Below are positions 1 through 8,721 of a DNA stretch of 32,000 nucleotides, piece by piece. The notes below the pieces were generated by a model, which did no database searches, had not been told where the DNA came from, and saw only the letters and a list, made by a program, of their open reading frames with translations. Source of the stretch: Ferroglobus placidus DSM 10642 (GTDB lineage Archaea; Halobacteriota; Archaeoglobi; Archaeoglobales; Archaeoglobaceae); NCBI RefSeq assembly GCF_000025505.1, contig NC_013849.1, forward strand, positions 780,001 to 812,000, in the 5' to 3' direction. Position numbers and translations under genes: made by a program. Within the stretch, counting starts at the first letter, position 1; the number at the start of each line of letters is the position of its first letter.

Positions 1-1507
1 CTGGATAATCGTTCTTTAGTATCTTCGGCTTCTCTTTCTTTTCAGCTTTAGAGTGCCTCGAAGCGAGCTCGGCGTACAAATCCTCAACCTCCTCAACCTC
101 AGCTCCTTCTTTTTCCGCTATGCTTATTACGATCTCGGGAGGAATTCCGTGGGAATCGTAGAATTCGATTAAGTCCTCTTTCGTTACCTTCTTCTTTCTC
201 TTCACGGTTCTTTCAACCATCGATTTTCCTCTCTCTATCGTCCTTTTGTACTTCTCCGTCTCAAGCTCAAGAATCTCTTGGATAGTGTCAAGCTCTACTT
301 CAAACTCGAAGGCTTTCAGAATCTTCCTGTGAAGCTCCACCAAATCGAAAAGCGTTAGCGTAAAGCCGATGTCGTCAGCTAACCTCAAACTCCTCCTGAT
401 CATTAGTCTTGCCAAGTATCCAGCCCCAGCATTAGAGGGGACTAAACCGTCTCCGAGCATGAAGAGGATCGCTCTCGTGTGATCCGCTAAAGCGTAAGCT
501 TTCTCCATCGGGGAAATTATCCTGTCAAGCACCTCAACGCTCATTCCGAACTTGTCGGCAATGCTCTTTCTAAGCTTCAAAAGCTCTTCTCCTCTCAAAG
601 AGCTCATAACTCCAGCCAGTTTCGAGCTTTCAGCTAAAAGCCCCTTCATGTCTTCATCTTTTCTGCTGAATTCAATGCTGCTGTTTTCGACGATTTTATC
701 AACGACCTCCGGAAATATCGCATCGTAAACTGTTGGAGTCCCCTGAGATGCCCACACAAAACGCTCAAGTCCGTAGCCGGTATCGACGATGTAGTTGTCC
801 ATCCTTCTGTATCTCTCTCCTTTGATCTCTATGTCGCCATTCGGATCAAGTTCGAGGTTCATGAAAACTAAGGTGGCAAGCTCAAGTCCGCCGACAATCG
901 CTTCTAAGCAAGGTCCAGCATTTCCTCCTCCAGCCCAAGGCTCTTCTTTGTACACTATTTCTTCCTTCCTTACTCCAAGCTCGTTTAACAGCTCTGTGCA
1001 GTAAGCTACAGTTTCGTTCTTCCAGTAAATCTCCTTTCCGGGATAGTTGAAAGCGTGATGCGCCATCATTTCGAACAACGTAAGGTGCCTTCCGGTTCTC
1101 CCAATGCTGTCGAGATCTTCCATTCTTATACACGGCTGGGATATGGTGAGGGGATTAGCCGGAGGAGGAACTAAACCGGAGGTTACGAAAGGTTGAAAGT
1201 CAGCTATACTTGCTATCGTCAAGTAGATGTCATCTCTCCACCTCGCGACAACCGGATAACGCTCAATTCTTTCGTGCCCCCTCTTTTCGAAGAACGATAA
1301 GTAATACTCCCTCATCTCGTCGATGTTCATTTTTTTCTTGAAAATTGGATTACCTATGAACGTGTAAGTTCCGCATGGAGGATCTCCGCAAATTTCTCTG
1401 CTTTCATCGGCAGTCCAGAAGTATTTGCCACACGAAGGGCACTTCTTTCTGACGAATCCGTTCTCCTTGAGGAACGTTATGTCTAAATACTCCTTCTCCA
1501 AGCTCAT
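1..1507 (-). CDS. alaS: Alanyl-tRNA synthetase, archaeal type (N-terminal part; continues beyond left window edge)
   Basis: Manual minus-strand translation from CAT at 1505..1507: MSLEKEYLDITFLKENGFVRKKCPSCGKYFWTADESREICGDPPCGTYTFIGNPIFKKKMNIDEMREYYLSFFEKRGHERIERYPVVARWRDDIYLTIASIADFQPFVTSG... typical of archaeal AlaRS. Not in the supplied ORF track, presumably because it is truncated by the window. Confidence 0.93.
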   Translation of the reverse strand, partial: MSLEKEYLDITFLKENGFVRKKCPSCGKYFWTADESREICGDPPCGTYTFIGNPIFKKKMNIDEMREYYLSFFEKRGHERIERYPVVARWRDDIYLTIASIADFQPFVTSGLVPPPANPLTISQPCIRMEDLDSIGRTGRHLTLFEMMAHHAFNYPGKEIYWKNETVAYCTELLNELGVRKEEIVYKEEPWAGGGNAGPCLEAIVGGLELATLVFMNLELDPNGDIEIKGERYRRMDNYIVDTGYGLERFVWASQGTPTVYDAIFPEVVDKIVENSSIEFSRKDEDMKGLLAESSKLAGVMSSLRGEELLKLRKSIADKFGMSVEVLDRIISPMEKAYALADHTRAILFMLGDGLVPSNAGAGYLARLMIRRSLRLADDIGFTLTLFDLVELHRKILKAFEFEVELDTIQEILELETEKYKRTIERGKSMVERTVKRKKKVTKEDLIEFYDSHGIPPEIVISIAEKEGAEVEEVEDLYAELASRHSKAEKKEKPKILKNDYP

Positions 1508-1600
1508 CGGATTTTCAAACTTCCGCAAAAAATATAACAGTTTCGTAACCGCTTTTTCCAAGCGAAAACTTTAAATTGATGATTTCGTCGGGGACATAAG

Positions 1601-1852
1601 ATGAAAATAATTAGATGTCCTTCTTGCGGAGAGGAAATCGAATTAAAAGACCTCTACGAAGGGATGGAAGTAAACTGTAGCCTCTGCGGAATTACTTTGC
1701 TTTACGAAGAGGGGAAGTTCATACTTCTCGACACGAACGAAGAGTTCGATCCAGAAGATTTGCAAGAGGACTTCGAGGAAGAAGAGGAGTTTGAAGAGGA
1801 AGAGTTCGAAGAAGAAGAGGAAGAGTACGATTACGACTACGACGAATACTGA
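1601..1852 (+). CDS. Small LysW-like zinc-ribbon protein with long acidic/tyrosine-rich C-terminal tail
   Basis: 83 aa; CPSCGEEIELKDLYEGMEVNCSLCG (two CxxC knuckles) then EDLQEDFEEEEEFEEEEFEEEEEEYDYDYDEY. Confidence 0.75.
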   Translation: MKIIRCPSCGEEIELKDLYEGMEVNCSLCGITLLYEEGKFILLDTNEEFDPEDLQEDFEEEEEFEEEEFEEEEEEYDYDYDEY

Positions 1853-1886
1853 AAAATTTTTAAAAAATTTTTACTTTTTCAACTTT

Positions 1887-2654
1887 ATGAAACTTCTTGC
1901 TCTGGTCGGAAGCAAAAGGCACGGAAACAGCATTTTTTCCTCCAAGTACATCGCTAAAAAAATCGGAGCAGAGCTGGAGATAGTCAATTTGGCAAATTCG
2001 AAAATAGAGCCGTGCAAAGCCTGCTACGCTTGCATATTCGGAGAGGAGTGCAAAATAGATGATGACGTCTACGAAATTCTGGGGAAAATTGAAGAGAGTG
2101 ACGCCATATTAGTTTCTTCTCCAGTTTACTGGCTCGACGCAACCGGGAAAGTGAAGCTTTTCCTCGACAGATGCTTTATGGCTTACCCATACCTTGAGAA
2201 GTTCAAAGATAAGAAAGGGGCTGTTGTTTACTTCTACGGATTCGAAGAACTCAGAGGATGGGCATCCACAACTTACAACGTATTGCTTAGATGCATGGGA
2301 ATCGAACCTCTCATAGTGGCTCCGATACACTCGCCACTTCCAGGAGAAATTTTCGAGAAGGTTGAAATCCTCGACAAAGTTGCCGAAGCTTTAGAGAGCG
2401 GAGAGAGATACGTTTTTAACGGACAGTGTCCCGTTTGCTTGAGCGAAAGCTTCAGATACACATCGGCTTTCGAATGCGCAATCTGCGGCTCAAAGCTCAA
2501 CGAGAAGCTTGAGGTGGTTGAGAGGGGAGAGAGGTTGAGCTACGAGTGGATGTTAAAGCATTACGAAGAGCTCAAACACTTCAAAGAGAAATATTTACAG
2601 AAGAGAGGCGAGCTGAAAAAGCTGGTGGAAGAGTATGTGGGAGAAGGCAATTAA
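1887..2654 (+). CDS. NADPH-dependent FMN reductase / iron-sulfur flavoprotein-like flavodoxin-fold protein with C-terminal zinc ribbon
   Basis: MKLLALVGSKRHGNSIFSSKYIAKKIG..., SPVYWLDATGKVKLFLDR; later CPVCLSESFRYTSAFECAICG. The ORF opens at 1791, but ATG 1887 fits the family start. Confidence 0.8.
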   Translation: MKLLALVGSKRHGNSIFSSKYIAKKIGAELEIVNLANSKIEPCKACYACIFGEECKIDDDVYEILGKIEESDAILVSSPVYWLDATGKVKLFLDRCFMAYPYLEKFKDKKGAVVYFYGFEELRGWASTTYNVLLRCMGIEPLIVAPIHSPLPGEIFEKVEILDKVAEALESGERYVFNGQCPVCLSESFRYTSAFECAICGSKLNEKLEVVERGERLSYEWMLKHYEELKHFKEKYLQKRGELKKLVEEYVGEGN

Positions 2655-3318
2655 CGAGGAGTTCGTTGAAAGGTGCAAGAACTTAAAAAAGACTGGAAAC
2701 ATTTTCAACCCAATATTTTACATAGTTTTCACTCGCCTCGTGGAAGTTTCTTCTATAATAAACGAGGTTTTTCTTGCAACCCCCGAAGACCTCGAGGAGA
2801 TGTTTAAAACGAGGAAAGACCTTCTTGAAATCGACTTAAAGACGATAAACGAAACTTTGAGGAGAGCTTGGAAGTTTGAGATAGAGAGGGGAGTGAAGTA
2901 CAACTTCAGCGACGGAATAGAGGATTTAATGTACGTGGTTTACAGAATGCGGGAAATTCAGAGCACTATAGACGAAATGATAAAAAGCCTCGTCAAAGAG
3001 TGGAAAAAGAGCGAACTCGTAGATATTTACTTCTCACTCCTCGTTGAGCTTCTGGAGCTTGAGGAAAAGATCCAAAAAGAGGTGGAAAGGGAAATCGCTT
3101 TAGAAAACTTCGTAAGACTCGCTAAAGAACTCGGCTACAATTCGGATTTTCTGGTCAAATCCTACGAGATTTTAAAGAGTGAAAACAAGCCTATAAATCA
3201 CGTGAGGCTCGAAGAAGTTGGAGAAAAAAGTAAGCTTTCGGAACTGTTAGCTCAAACCGATGAAGAAGAAAAGAGATTCGTTTTGTCGGCTTTGAAGGTT
3301 ATTTTCGGAAAGGAGTGA
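2635..3318 (+). CDS. Conserved hypothetical, predicted mostly alpha-helical protein
   Basis: 227-aa ORF overlapping the end of the flavoprotein gene by 20 nt; charged, helix-prone composition; no recognised family. Confidence 0.65.
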   Translation: MWEKAINEEFVERCKNLKKTGNIFNPIFYIVFTRLVEVSSIINEVFLATPEDLEEMFKTRKDLLEIDLKTINETLRRAWKFEIERGVKYNFSDGIEDLMYVVYRMREIQSTIDEMIKSLVKEWKKSELVDIYFSLLVELLELEEKIQKEVEREIALENFVRLAKELGYNSDFLVKSYEILKSENKPINHVRLEEVGEKSKLSELLAQTDEEEKRFVLSALKVIFGKE

Positions 3319-3320
3319 AG

Positions 3321-3369
3321 TTTGTCAACTTAGTAATTTGACAAAGTGTTTCGCTTTTCTGTGAAAAGC
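3321..3369. promoter_or_regulatory. Two adjacent inverted repeats upstream of the oxidoreductase operon (terminator or operator candidate)
   Basis: TTTGTCAA (3321..3328)/TTGACAAA (3338..3345) and GCTTTTC (3353..3359)/GAAAAGC (3363..3369). Confidence 0.4.
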
Positions 3370-3450
3370 CTTTCAGATGTCTTTTTCGTTGGAAAGTTAG
3401 GTAATTCTTAAATACTGATAATTTCCCTCATAGAATACAGATCTCGGGAG

Positions 3451-4032
3451 GTGAGTTTTATCTTAATAGAGGTAAGATTTCACGGGAGAGGGGGGCAAGG
3501 TGCCGTTACAGCGGCAGACATTTTAGCTATAGCCGGCTTCAAGCAAGGATACTACACGCTATCCTTCCCAATGTTTGGAGCGGAAAAAAGAGGAACTCCA
3601 GTCGTGTCTTTTCTCAGAATCTCCGACAAGCCAATTGTTGTTAGAGATGAGGTTCGCAACCCAGATTACGTGGTGGTCATGGATCCCTCCTTGTTGGATG
3701 TCGTTGATGTTTTGGCTGGAATAAAGAAGGGTGGTATGCTGATAGCAAATTATCCGAAGGGCAGCGAGGAATTAAAAGAAAAGCTGAAAGCTGAAGATGT
3801 GGAGATCTACACGATAAACGCGACGAAAATGGCTACGGAGATACTCGGAAGACCGATAACGAACACCGCAATGGTAGGAGCTTTCGTAGGAGCAACCAAC
3901 GTCGTGAAGCTGGAGTACGTGGAAGAGGCGATTAGGGAGTTTTTCGAAGATAAGGATATTGCTGAAAAGAACGTTCAGCTCGTTAGGAAAGCTTACGAAT
4001 ACATGAGGGAGGTGTGCGCATGGAAAGAATGA
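3451..4032 (+). CDS. porG: Pyruvate/2-oxoacid:ferredoxin oxidoreductase gamma subunit
   Basis: IEVRFHGRGGQGAVTAADILAIAGF... GAEKRGTPVVSF. The exact start is uncertain (see findings). Confidence 0.88.
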   Translation: MSFILIEVRFHGRGGQGAVTAADILAIAGFKQGYYTLSFPMFGAEKRGTPVVSFLRISDKPIVVRDEVRNPDYVVVMDPSLLDVVDVLAGIKKGGMLIANYPKGSEELKEKLKAEDVEIYTINATKMATEILGRPITNTAMVGAFVGATNVVKLEYVEEAIREFFEDKDIAEKNVQLVRKAYEYMREVCAWKE

Positions 4033-4313
4033 AGCTTTATATAGGAGCGAGCAACCCGCCGAAAACCACTCAGATGAAAACCGGAGATTGGGGGACCGAG
4101 TGGGCTTTTGTGGACGAAGAGAAGTGTATTGGCTGCGGAAGATGCGTTAAATTCTGCCCCGAGCCGTGTATCGAGCTCGTGGAGAAAGACGGAAACAAGG
4201 TAGCGAAAGTCGATCACGACTACTGCAAGGGTTGCGGAATTTGCGCAAGCGTTTGCCCGGTTAACGCTATTAGGATGGAGACTAAAGAAATTTACAAGGT
4301 CGAGGTGTGTTAA
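4014..4313 (+). CDS. porD: Pyruvate/2-oxoacid:ferredoxin oxidoreductase delta (ferredoxin) subunit
   Basis: Two 4Fe-4S motifs, CIGCGRCVKFCPEPC and CKGCGICASVCP, between gamma and alpha subunit genes. Confidence 0.9.
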   Translation: MRMERMKLYIGASNPPKTTQMKTGDWGTEWAFVDEEKCIGCGRCVKFCPEPCIELVEKDGNKVAKVDHDYCKGCGICASVCPVNAIRMETKEIYKVEVC

Positions 4314-5489
4314 ATGAGGAGGGTAGTTAGAGGTTTTTATGCGATTGCCGAAGCCGTAAGGCTTTGCAGACCAAACGTTATCTGCGCGTATCCTATAACT
4401 CCACAAACGGAAATCGTCGAAAATTTGGCCGAAATGTACGCAAACGGAGAGCTCGATGCGGAATATATAACTGCCGAATCGGAGTTCGCTGCGGCGTCAA
4501 TAGTTTTAGGAGCTTCGGCAGCTGGAGCGAGAGTGTTTACAGCCACGAGCTCCCAAGGGCTTTTGTTGATGACGGAAGTTCTGTTCAACGCAGCTGGAAT
4601 GAGGTTACCTATAGTGATGGTCGTTGCGAACAGATCAGTTTCAGCTCCGCTGAGCATTTGGAACGATCACCAAGACAGTATGACGGTGAGAGATGCCGGA
4701 ATTATTCAGATGCATGCAGAAAACAATCAGGAAGCCCACGATTTGATTCCTCTCGCCTATAAAGTTGCGGAAGATAAAAGGGTTCTCTTGCCGTTCATAC
4801 TCAACGTGGACGGATTCAAGCTAACTCACGCTTACGAGCCTGTCGATCTTTTAAGCCAAGAGGTCGTCGATAGTTTCTTACCACCCTACGATCCCGTCGT
4901 AAAGCTTTCAACGGAAAAGCCGGTAGCTATGGGTTGCTACGCTCCTCCTCCGTATTACATGGAGTTCAGAGTTGCGATGGAGTATGCGATGGAGAGGGCA
5001 AAGAAAGTTATGGAGGAAGCTTTCAAGGAGTGGAGCGAGATAATAGGAAGAGACTACGGTTCACACGTTTCAGCGGAGCATTGCGAGGATGCGGAGGTTG
5101 TTGCGATAGCGATGGGTTCTCTCGTCGGTCTCGTAAGAGACGTGGTGGAGGAGATGAGAAAAGAAGGAAAGAAGGTTGGATTGCTGAAAATCAGAACTTT
5201 CAGACCGTTCCCGGCTGAAGAAGTTAGAGAGGCTTTAAAGAACGCAAACAAGGTTATAATCTTCGAAAGGTCGCTCTCAATTGGCTCCGATCCGCCGGTT
5301 ACTCTCGAAGTTAAGAGCGCTCTCTTCGGCAGCTCATCTCCCGAAATTCATTCGGTAGTGATAGGACTCGGTGGCAGGGACATACCCAGAGAGCAAATTG
5401 TTAAGGTGATAAGCGAGGTTTACGAAGGAAAGGTGAAGCCCGGAAAGAGGTATGAGGGTGTTAAGGAGTTTGAAGAGGTGATTCCATGA
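4314..5489 (+). CDS. porA: Pyruvate/2-oxoacid:ferredoxin oxidoreductase alpha subunit
   Basis: VICAYPITPQTEIVENLAEM...ITAESEFAAASIVLGASAAGARVFTATSSQGLLLMTEVLF; NRSVSAPLSIWNDHQDSM. Confidence 0.92.
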   Translation: MRRVVRGFYAIAEAVRLCRPNVICAYPITPQTEIVENLAEMYANGELDAEYITAESEFAAASIVLGASAAGARVFTATSSQGLLLMTEVLFNAAGMRLPIVMVVANRSVSAPLSIWNDHQDSMTVRDAGIIQMHAENNQEAHDLIPLAYKVAEDKRVLLPFILNVDGFKLTHAYEPVDLLSQEVVDSFLPPYDPVVKLSTEKPVAMGCYAPPPYYMEFRVAMEYAMERAKKVMEEAFKEWSEIIGRDYGSHVSAEHCEDAEVVAIAMGSLVGLVRDVVEEMRKEGKKVGLLKIRTFRPFPAEEVREALKNANKVIIFERSLSIGSDPPVTLEVKSALFGSSSPEIHSVVIGLGGRDIPREQIVKVISEVYEGKVKPGKRYEGVKEFEEVIP

Positions 5490-6364
5490 GTTATTTCGGA
5501 CCCGGGCACGGAGCCTGTCCCGGTTGCGGATTTCCCATCGCTGTAAAAGCCGTGCTCGAAGCTTTGGAAGGGAAGGCTTTCGTCGTAAATCCAACCGGAT
5601 GCTTAGAGATAGTTAGCTCGATGTACAACAGAAACGTCTGGGGAGTTCCCTACATTCACTCCCTTTTCGAGAACGCTGCAGCCGTTGCTGCGGGAATTGA
5701 GGCAGCTCTCAGAGCTTTGAATAGAAAGCACGAAGGACACGTTGTCGTTTTCGCCGGAGACGGTGCTACTGCTGACATAGGTTTCGGTATGGTTTCCGGA
5801 GCATTCGACAGAAATCACGACATTCTCTACATCTGCTACGACAACGAAGCGTATCAGAACACCGGAAATCAGCAAAGCGCGTTAACTCCTCCGGGAGCGA
5901 GGACCACTACAACGCCAGTCGGAAAAAGACAGCCGGGAAAGATCGGGAAGAAAAAGGACATGGTTAGCATAGCAGTCGCCCACGGAATTCCCTACGTTGC
6001 TTCAGCTTCGGTAGGCTATCCAAACGACTTAAAGAGGAAAGTGAAGAGGGCTGTTGAATTCGAAGGAGCGAAGTACATCCACGTTCACGCACCGTGCGTT
6101 ACTGGCTGGGGAATCGACGGTAAACAGACTGTTGAAGTGGCGAGGCTGGCTGTCGAAACCGGACTGTATCCTCTCGTGGAATTCGAACACGGAAAGCTCG
6201 TGAGGGTTATGAAAATCAAGGAGAAGAAGCCCGTGGAAGAGTACCTCAAAGCTCAAAGGAGGTTCAGGCACCTGTTCAAACATCCGGAAGGTAGGAAGAT
6301 TATAGAAGAGCTTCAGAGAATAGCGGACGAGAACATAAAGAGGTACAACCTCCTGCAGCAATGA
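5486..6364 (+). CDS. porB: Pyruvate/2-oxoacid:ferredoxin oxidoreductase beta (TPP-binding) subunit
   Basis: GHGACPGCGFPIAVKAVLEAL; TPP motif GDGATADIGFGMVSGAFDRNHDILYICYDNEAYQNTGNQQS. Confidence 0.92.
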   Translation: MSYFGPGHGACPGCGFPIAVKAVLEALEGKAFVVNPTGCLEIVSSMYNRNVWGVPYIHSLFENAAAVAAGIEAALRALNRKHEGHVVVFAGDGATADIGFGMVSGAFDRNHDILYICYDNEAYQNTGNQQSALTPPGARTTTTPVGKRQPGKIGKKKDMVSIAVAHGIPYVASASVGYPNDLKRKVKRAVEFEGAKYIHVHAPCVTGWGIDGKQTVEVARLAVETGLYPLVEFEHGKLVRVMKIKEKKPVEEYLKAQRRFRHLFKHPEGRKIIEELQRIADENIKRYNLLQQ

Positions 6365-7143
6365 AGGAAAAAGAAGCTTTGGAGCTTTCGAGAAAAATCG
6401 GAGAAGAGGTCAGAAAAAAGGTAATCAAGATCAGCGGCAAAAGAGAGGCTGGAGAGGTAGTTGGAATAGGAAAGGACGGAACGCCGACGAAGAGAATTGA
6501 TCTGATAGCCGAGAAAAAAGCCCTCGAAATACTGAGGGAAGAAGACGTAAGAGTTGTTACTGAAGAGTCCGGGGTAGTTGGAGAAGGAGAAGTTACCGTT
6601 GCTCTCGACCCGATAGACGGAACGTTCAACGCAACAAGAGGTATTCCAATTTTTTCAATTTCTCTATGCTTTCTGAAAGGTGAAAAAATAAGAGACGCTT
6701 TCTTCGGCTACGTCATGAACCTCGCCACGGGAGATGAGTACTACTCCCTCAACAACAAGTCTTACAAGAACGGAGAGAAGATTGAGGTTTCGAAGAAAGA
6801 AGACGTGGAATGCGACGTCGTAATATACTATCCAAAGAAGAAGTACCCGTTTAAGAGAGTGAGAATCTACGGGTGCTCTTCGCTCGAAATCTGCTACGTT
6901 GCCGAAGGTGCTATCGATGCGTTTATAGACATAAGAGTGAGCGAGAAGAGGGGAGAAGAAATCATAGGCTACCTCAGAAGTTTTGACGTTGCCGCAGCTC
7001 TGTTCATAGCGAAGAACGCGAAGGCTAAAATAAGCGATCCAGATGGGAAAAGCGTTGAAGAAAAGGTTGTAAGCATGGAGGAAAGGTTTAGGCTCGTGGT
7101 TGCCAACGAGAAGCTCCACGAGAAAATTCTGAAAGTGCTATGA
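6361..7143 (+). CDS. suhB: Inositol monophosphatase / fructose-1,6-bisphosphatase family protein
   Basis: VVTEESG, DPIDGTFNATRGIPIFSIS, GSSLEICYVAEGAIDAFID and DVAAALFIAKNAKAKISDPDG motifs. Confidence 0.85.
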   Translation: MKEKEALELSRKIGEEVRKKVIKISGKREAGEVVGIGKDGTPTKRIDLIAEKKALEILREEDVRVVTEESGVVGEGEVTVALDPIDGTFNATRGIPIFSISLCFLKGEKIRDAFFGYVMNLATGDEYYSLNNKSYKNGEKIEVSKKEDVECDVVIYYPKKKYPFKRVRIYGCSSLEICYVAEGAIDAFIDIRVSEKRGEEIIGYLRSFDVAAALFIAKNAKAKISDPDGKSVEEKVVSMEERFRLVVANEKLHEKILKVL

Positions 7144-7907
7144 GAGTAGCGCTCGTTTACAAAAAAGAGTCGGAAAGCGTAGCTGAGAGAGTTAGAAAGT
7201 TTCTGGAAAGAGTTAGCGACGTCGCAGTTTTTTCTTCACCAACCACCGAACTCGAGGACTTCGACGTTTTGGTAATTGTGGGTGGAGACGGAACGGTCTT
7301 AAGGACCGTGCAAGAAATAAAGAATGTTCCGCCAACTTTTGTCGTCAACACAGGAAGGGTTGGGATCTTTTCCCACGCTAATGCAGAGGATTTCGAGGAT
7401 AAGCTCGAAGAAGCTCTCAAAAGCATGGAGTACGAGAGTTTCATGAGGTTGGAGGCTAAGGTGAAAGGGAGCATTTTAAGAGCCCTCAATGAGATAAGCG
7501 TTCTAACTCACACTCCTTCGAGACTCCTCAAGTTCGAGATCAGTGTTGACGGAGAGCTGATAGAAGAGATGAGGTCGGACGGCATGATCTTTTCAACCCC
7601 ACTCGGCTCCACGGCGTACAACCTCTCCTCCGGCGGACCCATAGTCGATCCGAAGCTTGAGGCTATCGTAATTACTCCGGTTTCGCCTTTCAGACTCGGA
7701 TGGAGACCTTGGGTCGTTAGCGGAGAGAGAACCATTTTAACCAGAGTTGAATTGAGAGAGGCTGTTGTCGTTGCCGACGGGCAAAAGTCCGTTGTCATAG
7801 AGCCCGGAGAAGTTGTGGAAGTGAAAAAGTCTAAATATCCGGTAAATTTCTTTAAAGTTGAGAAAAGGCTTGAAAAGATGTCCAAAAAGGTGAGGGAGTT
7901 AACGTGA
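7140..7907 (+). CDS. nadK: NAD kinase
   Basis: VIVGGDGTVLRTV...VNTGRVGIF...RSDGMIFSTPLGSTAYNLSSGGPIV. Confidence 0.93.
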   Translation: MRVALVYKKESESVAERVRKFLERVSDVAVFSSPTTELEDFDVLVIVGGDGTVLRTVQEIKNVPPTFVVNTGRVGIFSHANAEDFEDKLEEALKSMEYESFMRLEAKVKGSILRALNEISVLTHTPSRLLKFEISVDGELIEEMRSDGMIFSTPLGSTAYNLSSGGPIVDPKLEAIVITPVSPFRLGWRPWVVSGERTILTRVELREAVVVADGQKSVVIEPGEVVEVKKSKYPVNFFKVEKRLEKMSKKVRELT

Positions 7908-8707
7908 AGCTCTTTGGAGTTATAGGTTACCCGATAAAGCACTCCCTAAGCCCGGATATGTTTAACGCCGTATTCAAACGTCTAAAGCTCGACGCCGTTT
8001 ACCTGAAACTGGAGGTAAAGCCGGAAAACTTGAAAGAAGCTTTGATCGGAGCGAAAGCTCTCGGCTTCGTTGGGCTGAACGTGACGATACCCTTCAAAGA
8101 AAGGGTTCTTCAGTTCGTAAAAGCGAGAGGAGTTGCTGAAAAAATCAAGGCTGTAAATACCGTAAAGCTCGAAGAAATGGAAGGGTACAACACCGATGCA
8201 TACGGCGTTTTAAAATCTCTTGAAGAGCACGATGTAGATTTTTCCAGCAGGTTTTTAATTATAGGTGCCGGTGGAGCTGCGAGAGCTGCCGTTTTTTCGC
8301 TCGTAGAGAGAGGAAGCGAGGTTTACGTAACCAACAGAACGGAAGAAAGGGGAGAGAAGCTTGCGAAGGAGGCTGGTTGTCACTTCGTGAAAATGGGAGA
8401 AGTTGAGAGGATGAGGTTCGATGTTTTAATAAACGCGACGCCCCTCGGAATGGTAGGGATGGAAAGAGCGTTGCCCGTTAAGGAAGATGTTATAAAGAGA
8501 GCTTCAGTCGTCTTCGACATGGTTTACAATCCGGCAGAAACGCTTTTTATTAAAAAAGCAAAGGAATTCGGAAAGGAAGTTATATACGGATACGAAATGT
8601 TGCTTTATCAGGCTTACGAAGCTTTTAAAATCTGGAACGGATTTTACCCTCCGCTGGAAGTTATGAAAGAGGCTTTGTTGAAAAAGTTAGGCTTTTATCC
8701 AGAGTAA
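7904..8707 (+). CDS. aroE: Shikimate dehydrogenase
   Basis: MKLFGVIGYPIKHSLSPDMFNAVF...GLNVTIPFKE...IIGAGGAARAAVF...NATPLGM. Confidence 0.95.
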   Translation: MKLFGVIGYPIKHSLSPDMFNAVFKRLKLDAVYLKLEVKPENLKEALIGAKALGFVGLNVTIPFKERVLQFVKARGVAEKIKAVNTVKLEEMEGYNTDAYGVLKSLEEHDVDFSSRFLIIGAGGAARAAVFSLVERGSEVYVTNRTEERGEKLAKEAGCHFVKMGEVERMRFDVLINATPLGMVGMERALPVKEDVIKRASVVFDMVYNPAETLFIKKAKEFGKEVIYGYEMLLYQAYEAFKIWNGFYPPLEVMKEALLKKLGFYPE

Positions 8708-8721
8708 GCCAACTGAAAAAC

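Noticed and set aside
795-1004. ORF 69 aa (+) and 882..1133 (-)
   Set aside because: Both lie within the clearly coding alaS frame and have no protein-like motif; shadow ORFs.
1770-1845. GAAGAG-rich tract as a DNA tandem repeat or regulatory element
   Set aside because: It is simple codon repetition for Glu/Asp/Tyr in the acidic tail; no fixed unit.
1601-1852. Calling the zinc ribbon a functional LysW carrier
   Set aside because: It lacks the C-terminal EDWGE; only the ribbon resembles LysW.
1791-1886. 32-aa N-terminal extension of the flavoprotein (MKRKSSKKKRKSTITTTTNTEKFLKNFYFFNF)
   Set aside because: It is the alternate-frame reading of the acidic tail repeat of the upstream gene plus the intergenic A/T tract; the family start is at 1887.
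3993-4406. 137-aa minus-strand ORF opposite porG/porD/porA
   Set aside because: Antisense of strongly coding frames with canonical ferredoxin motifs.
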